In this document: positions 8,530 through 17,515 of the stretch, one piece after another
Position numbering within the stretch: the stretch's first letter is position 1
Layout: every line of letters starts with the position of its first letter
Made by a program: the position numbers and the translations under genes
From: Nanopusillaceae archaeon
GTDB lineage: Archaea > Nanobdellota > Nanobdellia > Nanobdellales > Nanobdellaceae
Length of the DNA: 32,000 bases
Assembly: GCA_038735675.1 (NCBI GenBank)
Contig: JAVYNJ010000003.1
Coordinates: 1-32,000, forward strand
Direction: 5' to 3'
Notes under the pieces: model-generated
Databases searched by the model: none
Seen by the model: only the letters and a program-made list of their open reading frames with translations
Told to the model about the DNA's origin: nothing

Positions 8530-9846
8530 ATGATATATAATTCAATCTTAATAGGTGTTGATGAGATTTGGACAAAATCCGAAAAAGTTAAAAATAAATT
8601 GATGAAAGAGCTTTATAAAATTATTTCTAATTCCATCGAAACAAATAATATTTTGGTTGGAAGGGGAAGAATATTTATATTCGACTATAAAGAAGAATGG
8701 ATTTATAAATTACAAAAAATTTTTGGAATAAAAACAATTTATCCAGCATATAAAGTAAAGACAGATTTAGAAGAAATTAAGTTAGGATCAAAATTGTTTT
8801 TTGAAAATTTTAACGGCAGTTTTAAAGTAGTTACAAAAAGAGTTTGGAAAGATTTTAAATATAATTCTTTGGAAGTTAATAAAACTATTGGAGAATATTT
8901 ATATAAAAATTTTGGATTAAAAATAGATCTAAAAAATCCAGATAAAATACTTTACATAGAAATACACGATTTTGCTACATTTTTGTATGATAAAGTATTT
9001 TATGGACCTGGTGGATTTCCACTAGGTTTTCAAGGAAAAGGAATTTTATTGTTTTCTGGTGGTATAGATTCTTCCGTTGCTGCATATCTCATTGGAAAGA
9101 GAGGATTAGATTTAGATTTTCTATTTGTAAATATTGGTGGAAAATCATATTTAAGATATATTTATAGAATTTTTAACAAATTAAAAGAATATTTTCCGAA
9201 TTCTAAGCTTTATGTTTATGATTTTGATATAGAAAAATTATTTAAGGTTAGAAAAGGATATAGACAGATAATTTATAAAGCAGTTATATATAAAATTGCT
9301 GAAGAATTTTGCAAATTTAAAAATTATTTTTGTATCGTGACTGGAGAATCTTTAGGTCAAGTTTCAACACAAACAATGTATTCAATAAAATGTTTAGATA
9401 AAATAATAGATTTTACAGTTTTTAGACCTTTATTAGGATTTAATAAAGATGAAATAATTAGTTTATCTAAAAGTTTAGGATTTTATGATTATAGAGCCCC
9501 AGAAATATGTGAAATAGAAAAGCATTCTAAAGCAAAACCAAATTATGAGATATTTATTGAAGAATTAAATAAACTAGATATTAATTTCAAAGAAGAGATA
9601 AATAAAATTTATGAACTAAATAATTTAGAAGAAAATTTGGAATATAGAATAGATTTACCAGATAAAAAAAATTTAATTATTGTTGATGTAAGGAATTTTG
9701 ATAAAATAACTTTAGAAAAAGATAAAAAATATCTTTTTATATGTCCAACCGGCATTTTAGCAAAAAAATTTTATGAAAAATATAAAAACGAATACAATGT
9801 TTATTATTTAGATATAAAAACTGCTAAGTTATTAGGATATTTATGA
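8530..9846 (+). CDS. thiI: tRNA 4-thiouridine synthase ThiI (THUMP + PP-loop + C-terminal rhodanese-like domain)
   Basis: PP-loop LLFSGGIDSSVAAYL. N-terminal GVDEIWTKSEKVKNKL, typical of ThiI. C-terminal IIVDVRNF...YLFICPTGILAKKF resembles a rhodanese active-site loop. The ORF track starts at 8476, which would overlap the HDAC gene by 51 nt. The Met at 8530 (MIYNSILIG) fits ThiI N-termini better. Confidence 0.85.
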   Translation: MIYNSILIGVDEIWTKSEKVKNKLMKELYKIISNSIETNNILVGRGRIFIFDYKEEWIYKLQKIFGIKTIYPAYKVKTDLEEIKLGSKLFFENFNGSFKVVTKRVWKDFKYNSLEVNKTIGEYLYKNFGLKIDLKNPDKILYIEIHDFATFLYDKVFYGPGGFPLGFQGKGILLFSGGIDSSVAAYLIGKRGLDLDFLFVNIGGKSYLRYIYRIFNKLKEYFPNSKLYVYDFDIEKLFKVRKGYRQIIYKAVIYKIAEEFCKFKNYFCIVTGESLGQVSTQTMYSIKCLDKIIDFTVFRPLLGFNKDEIISLSKSLGFYDYRAPEICEIEKHSKAKPNYEIFIEELNKLDINFKEEINKIYELNNLEENLEYRIDLPDKKNLIIVDVRNFDKITLEKDKKYLFICPTGILAKKFYEKYKNEYNVYYLDIKTAKLLGYL

Positions 9847-10676
9847 AAATTAAACTCGTAGCATACGATTCTTTTTCTACAAGAGCTATGGCTACATTAA
9901 TAGAAACAGATCATAAAATATTTATTGATCCTTCTATATCTATCGCTCCATTTAGATATGGTCTTCCTCCATCCCACGTAGAAATGGAAGAGCTAGAAAA
10001 AAGATATAATGAAATTATTGAATTAGGAAAAAAAGCAGATATAATTATTATTACTCATTATCATTGGGATCATTGTCCTCATCCAGAAAACGATGAACAT
10101 CTAGAGATTCTTAAAAATAAAATAATTTTAGCAAAAGATTTTAGAAATACTAACAAATCTCAATATTTTAGGGGAAATTTCCTTTATAATAAGATAAAAA
10201 ATTTGGAATTTTGTGATAAGAAAAAATATGAATTTGAAAATACCTATATTGAATTTTCTAGTGGAGTTTTTCATGGAGAAAAAAATAGTAAATTGGGAAA
10301 GGTTGTTATGGCATATATAGAATATCTGGGAAATAACATATTGTTCGGATCTGATATTCAGGGAATTCTTACAGAAGAAGTTTTAAAATTTATAGTAAAT
10401 AAAAATCCGAAGATCTTAATATTATCTGGTCCGCCAATATATCATCCTAAATGGAAAAAGGAGCTAGAAGAAAAATTTATAGAAAATTTAGTTATAATAA
10501 AAGAAAAAACCAAAATAGAAAAAATAATTTTAGATCATCATTCTGCTAGATCTAAAAATTATTTAGAATATTTGAAATATTTAAATGAAAAAGTAAAAAT
10601 AAAAATCTTATCTGGTGCAGATTTTATGAATATTAGAAATCGTTTATTAGAAGCAAATAGAGATAAATTTTACTAA
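9843..10676 (+). CDS. Metallo-beta-lactamase-fold protein, archaeal UPF0282-like
   Basis: HxHxDH motif in IIITHYHWDHCPHP. The N-terminus (AYDSFSTRAMATLIETDHKIFIDPSISIAPFRYGLPP) resembles the UPF0282 family. ATGA overlap with the thiI stop. Confidence 0.75.
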   Translation: MKIKLVAYDSFSTRAMATLIETDHKIFIDPSISIAPFRYGLPPSHVEMEELEKRYNEIIELGKKADIIIITHYHWDHCPHPENDEHLEILKNKIILAKDFRNTNKSQYFRGNFLYNKIKNLEFCDKKKYEFENTYIEFSSGVFHGEKNSKLGKVVMAYIEYLGNNILFGSDIQGILTEEVLKFIVNKNPKILILSGPPIYHPKWKKELEEKFIENLVIIKEKTKIEKIILDHHSARSKNYLEYLKYLNEKVKIKILSGADFMNIRNRLLEANRDKFY

Positions 10677-10688
10677 AAAATATTTTAA

Positions 10689-11576
10689 ATGATAGATAAA
10701 GAAGATATACTACAAATAAAAGATCTTGTAAGCAAAATAAAAGATACTTTGTTAAAAAAGAATGAAGATACGAATATAGATATAATAGATTTAGACAAAT
10801 TTAATAATCTAGATGAAGATTTTGTTTTTATTGATTCTAGTCATGCAAGCGGAATAGTGGGGCCAATTTCCTATGTTTATTTAAGAGCTGTAGCTATTTC
10901 TAGAAATAAAGAAACTACTCTTAAAGATTACATTATATTTCCCGATATATTTATAGATGTATTTGAAAAAAAGGAAATAAAATCTTTAGAAATATCAGAT
11001 CTTGCTAGTGTATTTAGCAAAAATCTGGAATATAGATTGGCATGGGAATCTAAAGAAAGATATAAAATAATTGATGGTTCGCTTGTTTCGGATTTTGTAC
11101 TTTTTCAGAAAATAATAGGATCTCCTATAGAAGAAATAAATGGAAGAATTCAATCATATAGAGAAAATTTCTATAATTCGGATAAAATTAAATTAATCTC
11201 TATAGCTAAAAGAATATTACATTCGAAATTATTTAAATCACAAAAACCAGATTTTATAATTTTGTTAAATAAGTATCCTTTTGAAACATTTTGTACAAAA
11301 GTAATTTATAAGGATCTTGATGAAAGAAAAATAAAAGCTTGTTACATTAGAGCAAGAAAATATGAACATATATATAGAATAGAGAGTTGGAATAATATGG
11401 AAGATGAAGAATTTTACTCGATTATAAAAACTATATTTTATGAAAAAGCATATCCATATCTTTTAAAAATGGCACATAATTTATGTAAAATCAAAAATAA
11501 AGAAAAAAATCTTATAGAGGAAATAATAAAGAGAGAATTGGGTATAGATAAAAGTGTTGGCTGGGAAACTAAATAA
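10689..11576 (+). CDS. NurA-domain-like nuclease (putative)
   Basis: NurA-like acidic/His series: FVFIDSSHAS, LEYRLAWES, YKIIDGSLVSDF and a late LKMAHNL. At 295 aa it is short for NurA. No herA, mre11 or rad50 is adjacent. Confidence 0.5.
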   Translation: MIDKEDILQIKDLVSKIKDTLLKKNEDTNIDIIDLDKFNNLDEDFVFIDSSHASGIVGPISYVYLRAVAISRNKETTLKDYIIFPDIFIDVFEKKEIKSLEISDLASVFSKNLEYRLAWESKERYKIIDGSLVSDFVLFQKIIGSPIEEINGRIQSYRENFYNSDKIKLISIAKRILHSKLFKSQKPDFIILLNKYPFETFCTKVIYKDLDERKIKACYIRARKYEHIYRIESWNNMEDEEFYSIIKTIFYEKAYPYLLKMAHNLCKIKNKEKNLIEEIIKRELGIDKSVGWETK

Positions 11577-12990
11577 ATCTATAGAAAGTTTCTTCTCCTT
11601 TATCTAATAAATCTATTCCAATATTTCTCATCTTTTCTCTTATTTTATCAGAAAGATCATATTGTTTTCTTTTTCTTAAATCTTTTCTTATTTCTAAAAT
11701 TAAATCTAATAAGCTATAGATTAACTTGTTATCTTCTTTTTTATAAAATATATCATCCCAACAAGCATAAATACTGTTAACTAACTTGTAAAATTCGTAA
11801 GAAGTATATAGTAATGTAAATATTTCTGAATTTACTATCTCTTTATTTATAAACTTTGTAGCTTCTAGTAAAATTGCAGTTGCTTTTGTAGTATCTATGT
11901 CATCTAAAATACTATCTATAAATTTCTTTTCATAAGCTAATAAAGTATTCCAAATTTTTATTTTATCTTCAGATAATTTAAAAGTTCTATCAACTTTTTC
12001 TAATTCGGAAATAATTGTTTTAATTGTAGAACTAATGTATTTATAATTATCTATTGCTTGTTGAATTCCTTCTTCAGTAATATTTAAGATATCTTTGTAA
12101 TGTGTTGAAGCAAAGTAGAATCTAGCAGGCATTTCTCCATATTTATCTAGAAATTCTCCGGCTTCGATAATATTTCCTAAAGATTTACTCATTTTTTCTC
12201 CTCCAATATAAACTAATCCTATGTGAACCCAATATTTTACCCATTCATTTAAAAATCTTGCTTCAGATTGAGCAATTTCATTTTCATGATGTGGAAATAT
12301 CAAATCTTGTCCACCAGTATGTATATCGAATTTTTTCCCTAAATATTCAGATGACATAGTAGAACATTCTATATGCCAGCCGGGCCTTCCATTTCCAATA
12401 GTCGTTTCCCAATATGGTTCATCTTCTCTTTTAAATTTCCATAAAGCAAAATCATATGGATTTATTTTATCAGATAAAAATTCTTCTTCCTGTCTCCAAT
12501 TATTTGGATCTTTTTTTCCAGAAAGTTTACCATAATCTTTAAATTTATCTAAGTTAAAATATATTCCATATTTTCCACTGTAAGCATATCCTTTTTTAAT
12601 TAAATCTTGTATAAATTCTACCATTTCTGGTATATGTTCGGTTACTTTTGGATTAATATAGAAAGGAAGATTGTTTATTCTAGATATTATTTTTATATGA
12701 TATTTAATATTTTCTTCCGAAATTTCTTTCCAATTTTTTCCGGTTTCTCTAGATTTTTTTATTATTTTATCGTCTATATCAGTAAAATTACTTATTGCAA
12801 TATCGATATAACCTAAAAATCTTAATGTTCTTCTTAATATATCAACAGAAACTTCTGACCTTAAATGTCCCACATGAGATTTATCGTAAGGTGTTATACC
12901 ACAATGATATATTCTTACAAAAGGGTATTCTAATGGTTCAAACTTTTCTTTTTTCTTACTTAAACTATTATATAGATACAAAACACCCAT
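11569..12990 (-). CDS. cysS: Cysteinyl-tRNA synthetase
   Basis: Class I motifs: HIGH as CGITPYDKSHVGHLRS and KMSKS as EKMSKSLGN. Zn/Cys-binding region WHIECS. 473 aa. Confidence 0.93.
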   Translation of the reverse strand: MGVLYLYNSLSKKKEKFEPLEYPFVRIYHCGITPYDKSHVGHLRSEVSVDILRRTLRFLGYIDIAISNFTDIDDKIIKKSRETGKNWKEISEENIKYHIKIISRINNLPFYINPKVTEHIPEMVEFIQDLIKKGYAYSGKYGIYFNLDKFKDYGKLSGKKDPNNWRQEEEFLSDKINPYDFALWKFKREDEPYWETTIGNGRPGWHIECSTMSSEYLGKKFDIHTGGQDLIFPHHENEIAQSEARFLNEWVKYWVHIGLVYIGGEKMSKSLGNIIEAGEFLDKYGEMPARFYFASTHYKDILNITEEGIQQAIDNYKYISSTIKTIISELEKVDRTFKLSEDKIKIWNTLLAYEKKFIDSILDDIDTTKATAILLEATKFINKEIVNSEIFTLLYTSYEFYKLVNSIYACWDDIFYKKEDNKLIYSLLDLILEIRKDLRKRKQYDLSDKIREKMRNIGIDLLDKGEETFYRFI

Positions 12991-13028
12991 AAATCATTTA
13001 TTATTTTACAATTGATAAATTTATAAAT

Positions 13029-13112
13029 GCGGGGGTGCCCGAGAGGCCAAAGGGGTCGGGTTGAGGTCCCGATGGATTAGGTCCGTCCGGGGTTCAAATC
13101 CCCGCCCCCGCA
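13029..13112 (+). tRNA. tRNA-Leu (anticodon GAG), class II with long variable arm
   Basis: GCGGGGG-TG-CCCGAGAGGCCAAAGGGG-TCGGG-TTGAGGT-CCCGA-TGGATTAGGTCCGTC-CGGGG-TTCAAAT-CCCCG-CCCCCGC-A. CCA is not encoded. Confidence 0.9.
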
Positions 13113-13113
13113 A

Positions 13114-13118
13114 TTTTT
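13114..13118 (+). terminator. Oligo-T tract immediately after tRNA-Leu(GAG)
   Basis: TTTTT begins 2 nt after the discriminator base. Archaeal RNA polymerase terminates at oligo-dT tracts. T-runs are frequent in this genome, so only the position supports this call. Confidence 0.3.
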
Positions 13119-13530
13119 AAATTTTAAATGCTAATTTTGATATTGTAAGTTGCTTATAGATAAATATGTAAAATATTAACAAGAGAATAAATATTAAAAA
13201 AAGAATTATAAAAATTTTTTCTAGTATATTATTTTCTTTCTTTTTATATCTATTTAAAAGAATCTCAATTATCGGAACGGCTACTAATATTGCAGCAAAA
13301 TTTCCATCATAAATTTCAAATAGATATAAAAAAATTCCATTAAATAACCATCCTACTAAAAACCAAAAGTTATCTATATATATAACTAGTACAAAAGACA
13401 AAATAATAGAAAAGTATGGTTCTTTGAAGTAAAGATAAATTGGATATATTATAAATGCTAAAGAGAACCCAATTATAAGTATAATTAATCTATTTTTAAA
13501 TATAGATCTCTCTTTTAGTATGATAGGCAT
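13117..13530 (-). CDS. Hypothetical small membrane protein
   Basis: 137-aa ORF with about four hydrophobic segments. No recognisable motif. It fills the gap between tRNA-Leu and the eL31 promoter region. Confidence 0.45.
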   Translation of the reverse strand: MPIILKERSIFKNRLIILIIGFSLAFIIYPIYLYFKEPYFSIILSFVLVIYIDNFWFLVGWLFNGIFLYLFEIYDGNFAAILVAVPIIEILLNRYKKKENNILEKIFIILFLIFILLLIFYIFIYKQLTISKLAFKI

Positions 13531-13590
13531 GTATTTTTTATAATTTTTTATACTTAAAAATTAAAATATTTTGCATTAATAGTTAGTTTA

Positions 13591-13878
13591 ATGGCCGAAG
13601 TTAATCAAAAAGTAGAAAATGTTAAGCCAGTTGAAGAAAAAGAAATAACTTTAAATATGAGAAAATGGATACTAAAAGCACCCTTACAAAAAAGAGCAAA
13701 AAAACTAGCATATGCTTTAAGAGAGGTGATAAAAAGAATTACAAAAGTTAATGAAGTAAAAATATCTGGACGTTTAAATAAATATATTTGGTCTAGAGGA
13801 ATAAAAAGTCCTCCAAAAAAATTAAATCTAAGGATAATAAAAAAAGAAGAAAAAGTTTTTGTAGATATAAAAGAATAA
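13591..13878 (+). CDS. rpl31e: Ribosomal protein eL31 (L31e)
   Basis: 95 aa. KRAKKLAYALREVIKRITKVNEVKISGRLNKYIWSRGIKSPPKKLNLRI matches the L31e pattern (..LN..IW.RG....P..I.V). Confidence 0.85.
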   Translation: MAEVNQKVENVKPVEEKEITLNMRKWILKAPLQKRAKKLAYALREVIKRITKVNEVKISGRLNKYIWSRGIKSPPKKLNLRIIKKEEKVFVDIKE

Positions 13879-13882
13879 ATAT

Positions 13883-14965
13883 ATGTTAATAAAAGAAAAA
13901 GAGGCTACTATAGATATTCCAAGAATTTTTTTGTCTAAAAAATCAGAGGTCTTTTATAATCCTTTAATGAAAATAAATAGGGATTTTACTATAATTATTT
14001 TAAAGTCATTTTATTATGTAAGAAATAAAAAATTAGATATATTGGATTCTATGGCTGCTAGTGGTATAAGAAGTATTAGAATATTGAAAGAGATACCTGA
14101 AGTTGTTAATCATATAAAAATAGTAGATATAAAGGAAGAAGCTATAAAAAATATAAAAAGAAATCTTTTAATAAATAATATAAAAAAAGAAAATTATGAG
14201 ATTTTAAAGGAGGATTGCAGAGTTGTTATGTATAAAGAAAAATTCGATTATATTGATATAGATCCCTTTGGATCTCCTATTGGATTTATACAGCCTGCAG
14301 TTCTTTCTTTGAAAAATTTAGGTTTATTAGGAGTTACTGCTACAGATATAGCTGCTTTATCTGCATCAAAACCTACGGCTAGCTTAAAGAAATATGGTAC
14401 AAGAGGTTATAAAACTGATTTTTATTTAGAGTTCGGCATTAGAGTTTTAGCAAAATATGTTATTGAAGAAGGAATAAAATTTGATGTTGCATTAATTCCA
14501 GTATTTGCATATTATTATAAACATCATTACAGAATTTTCTTTATAAAGTCTAAAAAGGCAGCAGATATAAAATATTTATTAGAAAATATCAAGTATATTT
14601 ATTATTGTAAAAGTTGCGGATATAAATCAGATTCTTTTGACATATGTATCAATTGTAATAAGAAGATGGATATCTTAGGACCAATATACGTTGGTAGTCT
14701 TTATATGAACAAGGAAATATTAAATATGTTTTATACTATTAGTTTAAATTTCGATTTAGAAAAAGAAGAAAAGAAAATATTAGAAAGAATTTTTAATTGT
14801 GATTCAAAAATAAACTTATGGTATTATTATGATATAAGAAATTTGGGAAAATTTTTGAAATTAAAGCAAATGCCAAGTATAAATGAAATACTTCAAATGA
14901 ATCATGGTTGTAGAACACATTTTTCAGATTATGGAATAAAATGTATAAATTATCCAAAAATTTAA
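13883..14965 (+). CDS. trm1: tRNA (guanine26-N2)-dimethyltransferase Trm1
   Basis: FYNPLMKINRDFTI. AdoMet-binding LDSMAASGIRSIR. Catalytic DIDPFGSP. C-terminal Cys cluster CKSCGY...CINCN. Confidence 0.9.
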   Translation: MLIKEKEATIDIPRIFLSKKSEVFYNPLMKINRDFTIIILKSFYYVRNKKLDILDSMAASGIRSIRILKEIPEVVNHIKIVDIKEEAIKNIKRNLLINNIKKENYEILKEDCRVVMYKEKFDYIDIDPFGSPIGFIQPAVLSLKNLGLLGVTATDIAALSASKPTASLKKYGTRGYKTDFYLEFGIRVLAKYVIEEGIKFDVALIPVFAYYYKHHYRIFFIKSKKAADIKYLLENIKYIYYCKSCGYKSDSFDICINCNKKMDILGPIYVGSLYMNKEILNMFYTISLNFDLEKEEKKILERIFNCDSKINLWYYYDIRNLGKFLKLKQMPSINEILQMNHGCRTHFSDYGIKCINYPKI

Positions 14966-14998
14966 ATATTAAATGAATTAAAAAATAAAAATATATTT

Positions 14999-15286
14999 AT
15001 GCCTAAGGCTAGTGTAATAATAAAGATTTCAGAGAAAGGAATTATGCTTGATGGTAATGAAGAAATTCTTTGGTTTCTAAATGATAAATCTGGAAAAAAA
15101 ATTTTAGAGGAAATTTTGAATTTGCTTATAGAATATAAAAAAATTAAAGGTAAAAAAGGGAAAATGAACATTATCATAATTAGCAATAATGAAAAATTTT
15201 ACGAAATAATAGAAAAATACAAAGAACATTTTAATTTTATATTTGAAAAATCGTATCAAACAAAGATAATTAATTTTTTTAAATAA
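14999..15286 (+). CDS. Hypothetical 95-aa protein (coding status uncertain)
   Basis: It is the longest of three mutually overlapping ORFs between trm1 and hef and shares the strand of both neighbours. K/E/I-rich with no motif recognised. Confidence 0.35.
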   Translation: MPKASVIIKISEKGIMLDGNEEILWFLNDKSGKKILEEILNLLIEYKKIKGKKGKMNIIIISNNEKFYEIIEKYKEHFNFIFEKSYQTKIINFFK

Positions 15287-15304
15287 ATATAACAAATATT
15301 TTAA

Positions 15305-17515
15305 ATGCATATTGAATTAAGGGAGTATCAAAAAAATATTTTGAAATCATGCTTATTAGATAATACACTTGTAATTCTACCTACAGGTACTGGAAAAACT
15401 CTTATAGCTTTTTTTGTTATGATCGAAAGATTAAGAGAATTTCCCGATAAAAAAATTTATTTTTTAGCACCTACAAAGCCATTGGTAAACCAGCATTATA
15501 ATAATTTTATAAAATTTTTTCCGGAATATAAAGATATTTCAATCTGTATTACAGGAGAAATTCATCCATATCGAAGAGAATATCTATATAAACAAGCAAA
15601 CATAATTTTTATAACGCCTCAAACGCTTCAAAATGACTTGTTAAATGGAAAAGTAACTTTTTATAATGCTTCAACTATTATTTTTGATGAAGCTCATAGA
15701 GCAGTTAAAAAATATGCATACTCTTTTATAGCTAAAAAATTTTTTGAGCAGTCTCCAAATCCGAGAATTATAGGACTTACGGCATCTCCGGGCTGGAATA
15801 TTGATAGAATACAAGAAATAATAAATAATTTATATATAAAAAATGTTGAAATTAGAACTGGAAAAGAAGAGGATATTGTTAAGTATATGAAGCCTATAAA
15901 TATAGAAAAAATTGAGGTTGAATTAGATAGTGAATTTCTACAAATAGAAAATCTGTTAAAACAAGCAATAGATTTTAGAGTTGAAAAAATAAAAAACGTT
16001 ATTTCCGATTTTTCTATTAGAAAAGGAAAAAAAGATGTTTTAGAATGGATAGATACAATAAAAAAGCAAATAAATTTAGATCCCCTTAATAATGGGTTAA
16101 AACAATCTTTTTTACTTGCTAGTGAAATATTGAAAATAATGCATGCTTTAGAAGTTTTAGAAACTCAAACTATATATACGTTTTTAGAATATTTTACATC
16201 TATAGATAAAAGTTTAAGAAAAAGTAGGGCAGATTATAATGTTTTAGAAGATATAAGAATTAAAAAAGCAATTTATTTAGCTAAAAAGCTTTTAGAAGCT
16301 GGAAAAGATCACCCAAAACTAAAAAAACTTTTAGAATTAATTAAGGAAAATAAAGATAAAAAAATAATCGTTTTTGCACAAATAAGGAAAACTTTAGATA
16401 GAATAAAAGATATATTAGATAAAGAAGGATTTATTTCTGAAAAATTTATTGGTAAAAAAGAGATGGGACAATCCGAACAAATAAGAGTATTAAAAAATTT
16501 TTCAGAAGGAAACTTTAATATTTTATTAGCAACGTCTATAGGTGAAGAAGGTATAGATATACCAAAAGTAGATATTGTAATATTTTATGAACCAGTTCCT
16601 TCTGAAATAAGATATATTCAAAGAAGGGGCAGAACTGGAAGAGGAGAGATTGGAAAAGTATATATTTTAGTAACTAAAAATAGCATTGATGAAAAATTCT
16701 ATTGGGTAGCTGTAAATAAGGAAAGAAAAATGTTTAAACTTATAAAGCATATTAGAAAATATCTAAAATCTCCTGCAATGGATATTAATAAAAATCCAAA
16801 TAAATTAGAAATTAAAAAAGAAGAAACACTTAAAGATATAAAGGAATATATTTTAAAATCTGAAAAAAAAGAAGACACAAATCTTGACGTAAATACAATT
16901 GTTGCTGATTATAAGGAAAAAGATTCAGGAGTTTTACAAATATTATCAGAAAGAGATCTTTTAATAAAATTAGAAAATTTAGAAATTGGAGATTATATAA
17001 TAGGAAATTACATTATTGAGAGAAAAACTATTTTAGATTTTATAAGTTCAATTGCCGATGGAAGATTAAACGATCAACTTTCTAAATTAAAAGATAAAAA
17101 TTCAATTTTAATATTAGAAGGGGATGAAGAAGATTTTTATATCGCCCCAGAAATATCTCCAAATTATATAAAATCTTTAATATTAAAAATAATTTTAGAA
17201 TATAAGATTCCGATATTAAGAACAAAAAATTTCATTGAAACATCAAACTATCTTTATATATTAGCAAAAAATATAAATAAATTTCCTTCTATTCCTGAAT
17301 TTACAAAAGAATACGATGAAAATAAAATTAGAGAAAATATATTGAAACAAATACCAGGTATAGGAGATCAATTAGCTAAAAAACTATTAGAAAGATTTAA
17401 ATCAATTAAAAATATTATATTGGCTAAAAAAGTTGAAATTGAAAATATTATTGGCGAATCTAAAGCTGAAAGATTGAAGAAAATTTTTGAGGAAGAATAT
17501 AAAAGTGAAAAATGA
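15305..17515 (+). CDS. hef: Hef: SF2 helicase fused to an XPF/ERCC4-type nuclease and HhH2 domain
   Basis: Helicase motifs LPTGTGKT, FDEAHRAV, LTASPG, ATSIGEEGIDIP and YIQRRGRTGR. ERCC4 nuclease GDYIIGNYIIERKTILDF. HhH IPGIGDQLAKKLLERF. 736 aa. Confidence 0.9.
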   Translation: MHIELREYQKNILKSCLLDNTLVILPTGTGKTLIAFFVMIERLREFPDKKIYFLAPTKPLVNQHYNNFIKFFPEYKDISICITGEIHPYRREYLYKQANIIFITPQTLQNDLLNGKVTFYNASTIIFDEAHRAVKKYAYSFIAKKFFEQSPNPRIIGLTASPGWNIDRIQEIINNLYIKNVEIRTGKEEDIVKYMKPINIEKIEVELDSEFLQIENLLKQAIDFRVEKIKNVISDFSIRKGKKDVLEWIDTIKKQINLDPLNNGLKQSFLLASEILKIMHALEVLETQTIYTFLEYFTSIDKSLRKSRADYNVLEDIRIKKAIYLAKKLLEAGKDHPKLKKLLELIKENKDKKIIVFAQIRKTLDRIKDILDKEGFISEKFIGKKEMGQSEQIRVLKNFSEGNFNILLATSIGEEGIDIPKVDIVIFYEPVPSEIRYIQRRGRTGRGEIGKVYILVTKNSIDEKFYWVAVNKERKMFKLIKHIRKYLKSPAMDINKNPNKLEIKKEETLKDIKEYILKSEKKEDTNLDVNTIVADYKEKDSGVLQILSERDLLIKLENLEIGDYIIGNYIIERKTILDFISSIADGRLNDQLSKLKDKNSILILEGDEEDFYIAPEISPNYIKSLILKIILEYKIPILRTKNFIETSNYLYILAKNINKFPSIPEFTKEYDENKIRENILKQIPGIGDQLAKKLLERFKSIKNIILAKKVEIENIIGESKAERLKKIFEEEYKSEK

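Noticed and set aside
12607-12992. Plus-strand ORFs 12607-12816 and 12795-12992.
   Set aside because: Both lie entirely antisense within cysS, whose HIGH and KMSKS motifs are intact. Their products are F/Y/I-rich low-complexity sequence.
13531-13590. Specific TATA/BRE promoter calls for eL31, the OFOR operon, top6B and others.
   Set aside because: TATA-like A/T strings occur at almost every position in this DNA, so position-specific promoter calls cannot be supported without transcription start data. Only the tRNA-Val spacer is listed, at low confidence.
15040-15110. Possible C/D-box sRNA (GATGG, ATGAAG, ATGATAA and CTGG strings) in the trm1-hef gap.
   Set aside because: There is no exact RUGAUGA C box or CUGA D box in the correct order and spacing, and no terminal stem. 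The resemblance is what is expected in AT-rich sequence.
14962-15310. Minus-strand ORFs 14962-15186 and 15104-15310.
   Set aside because: They compete with the longer plus-strand ORF that is co-oriented with both neighbours. The first would also overlap the trm1 stop. Their products are F/I/L/K low-complexity. The coding status of the whole gap remains uncertain (see findings).
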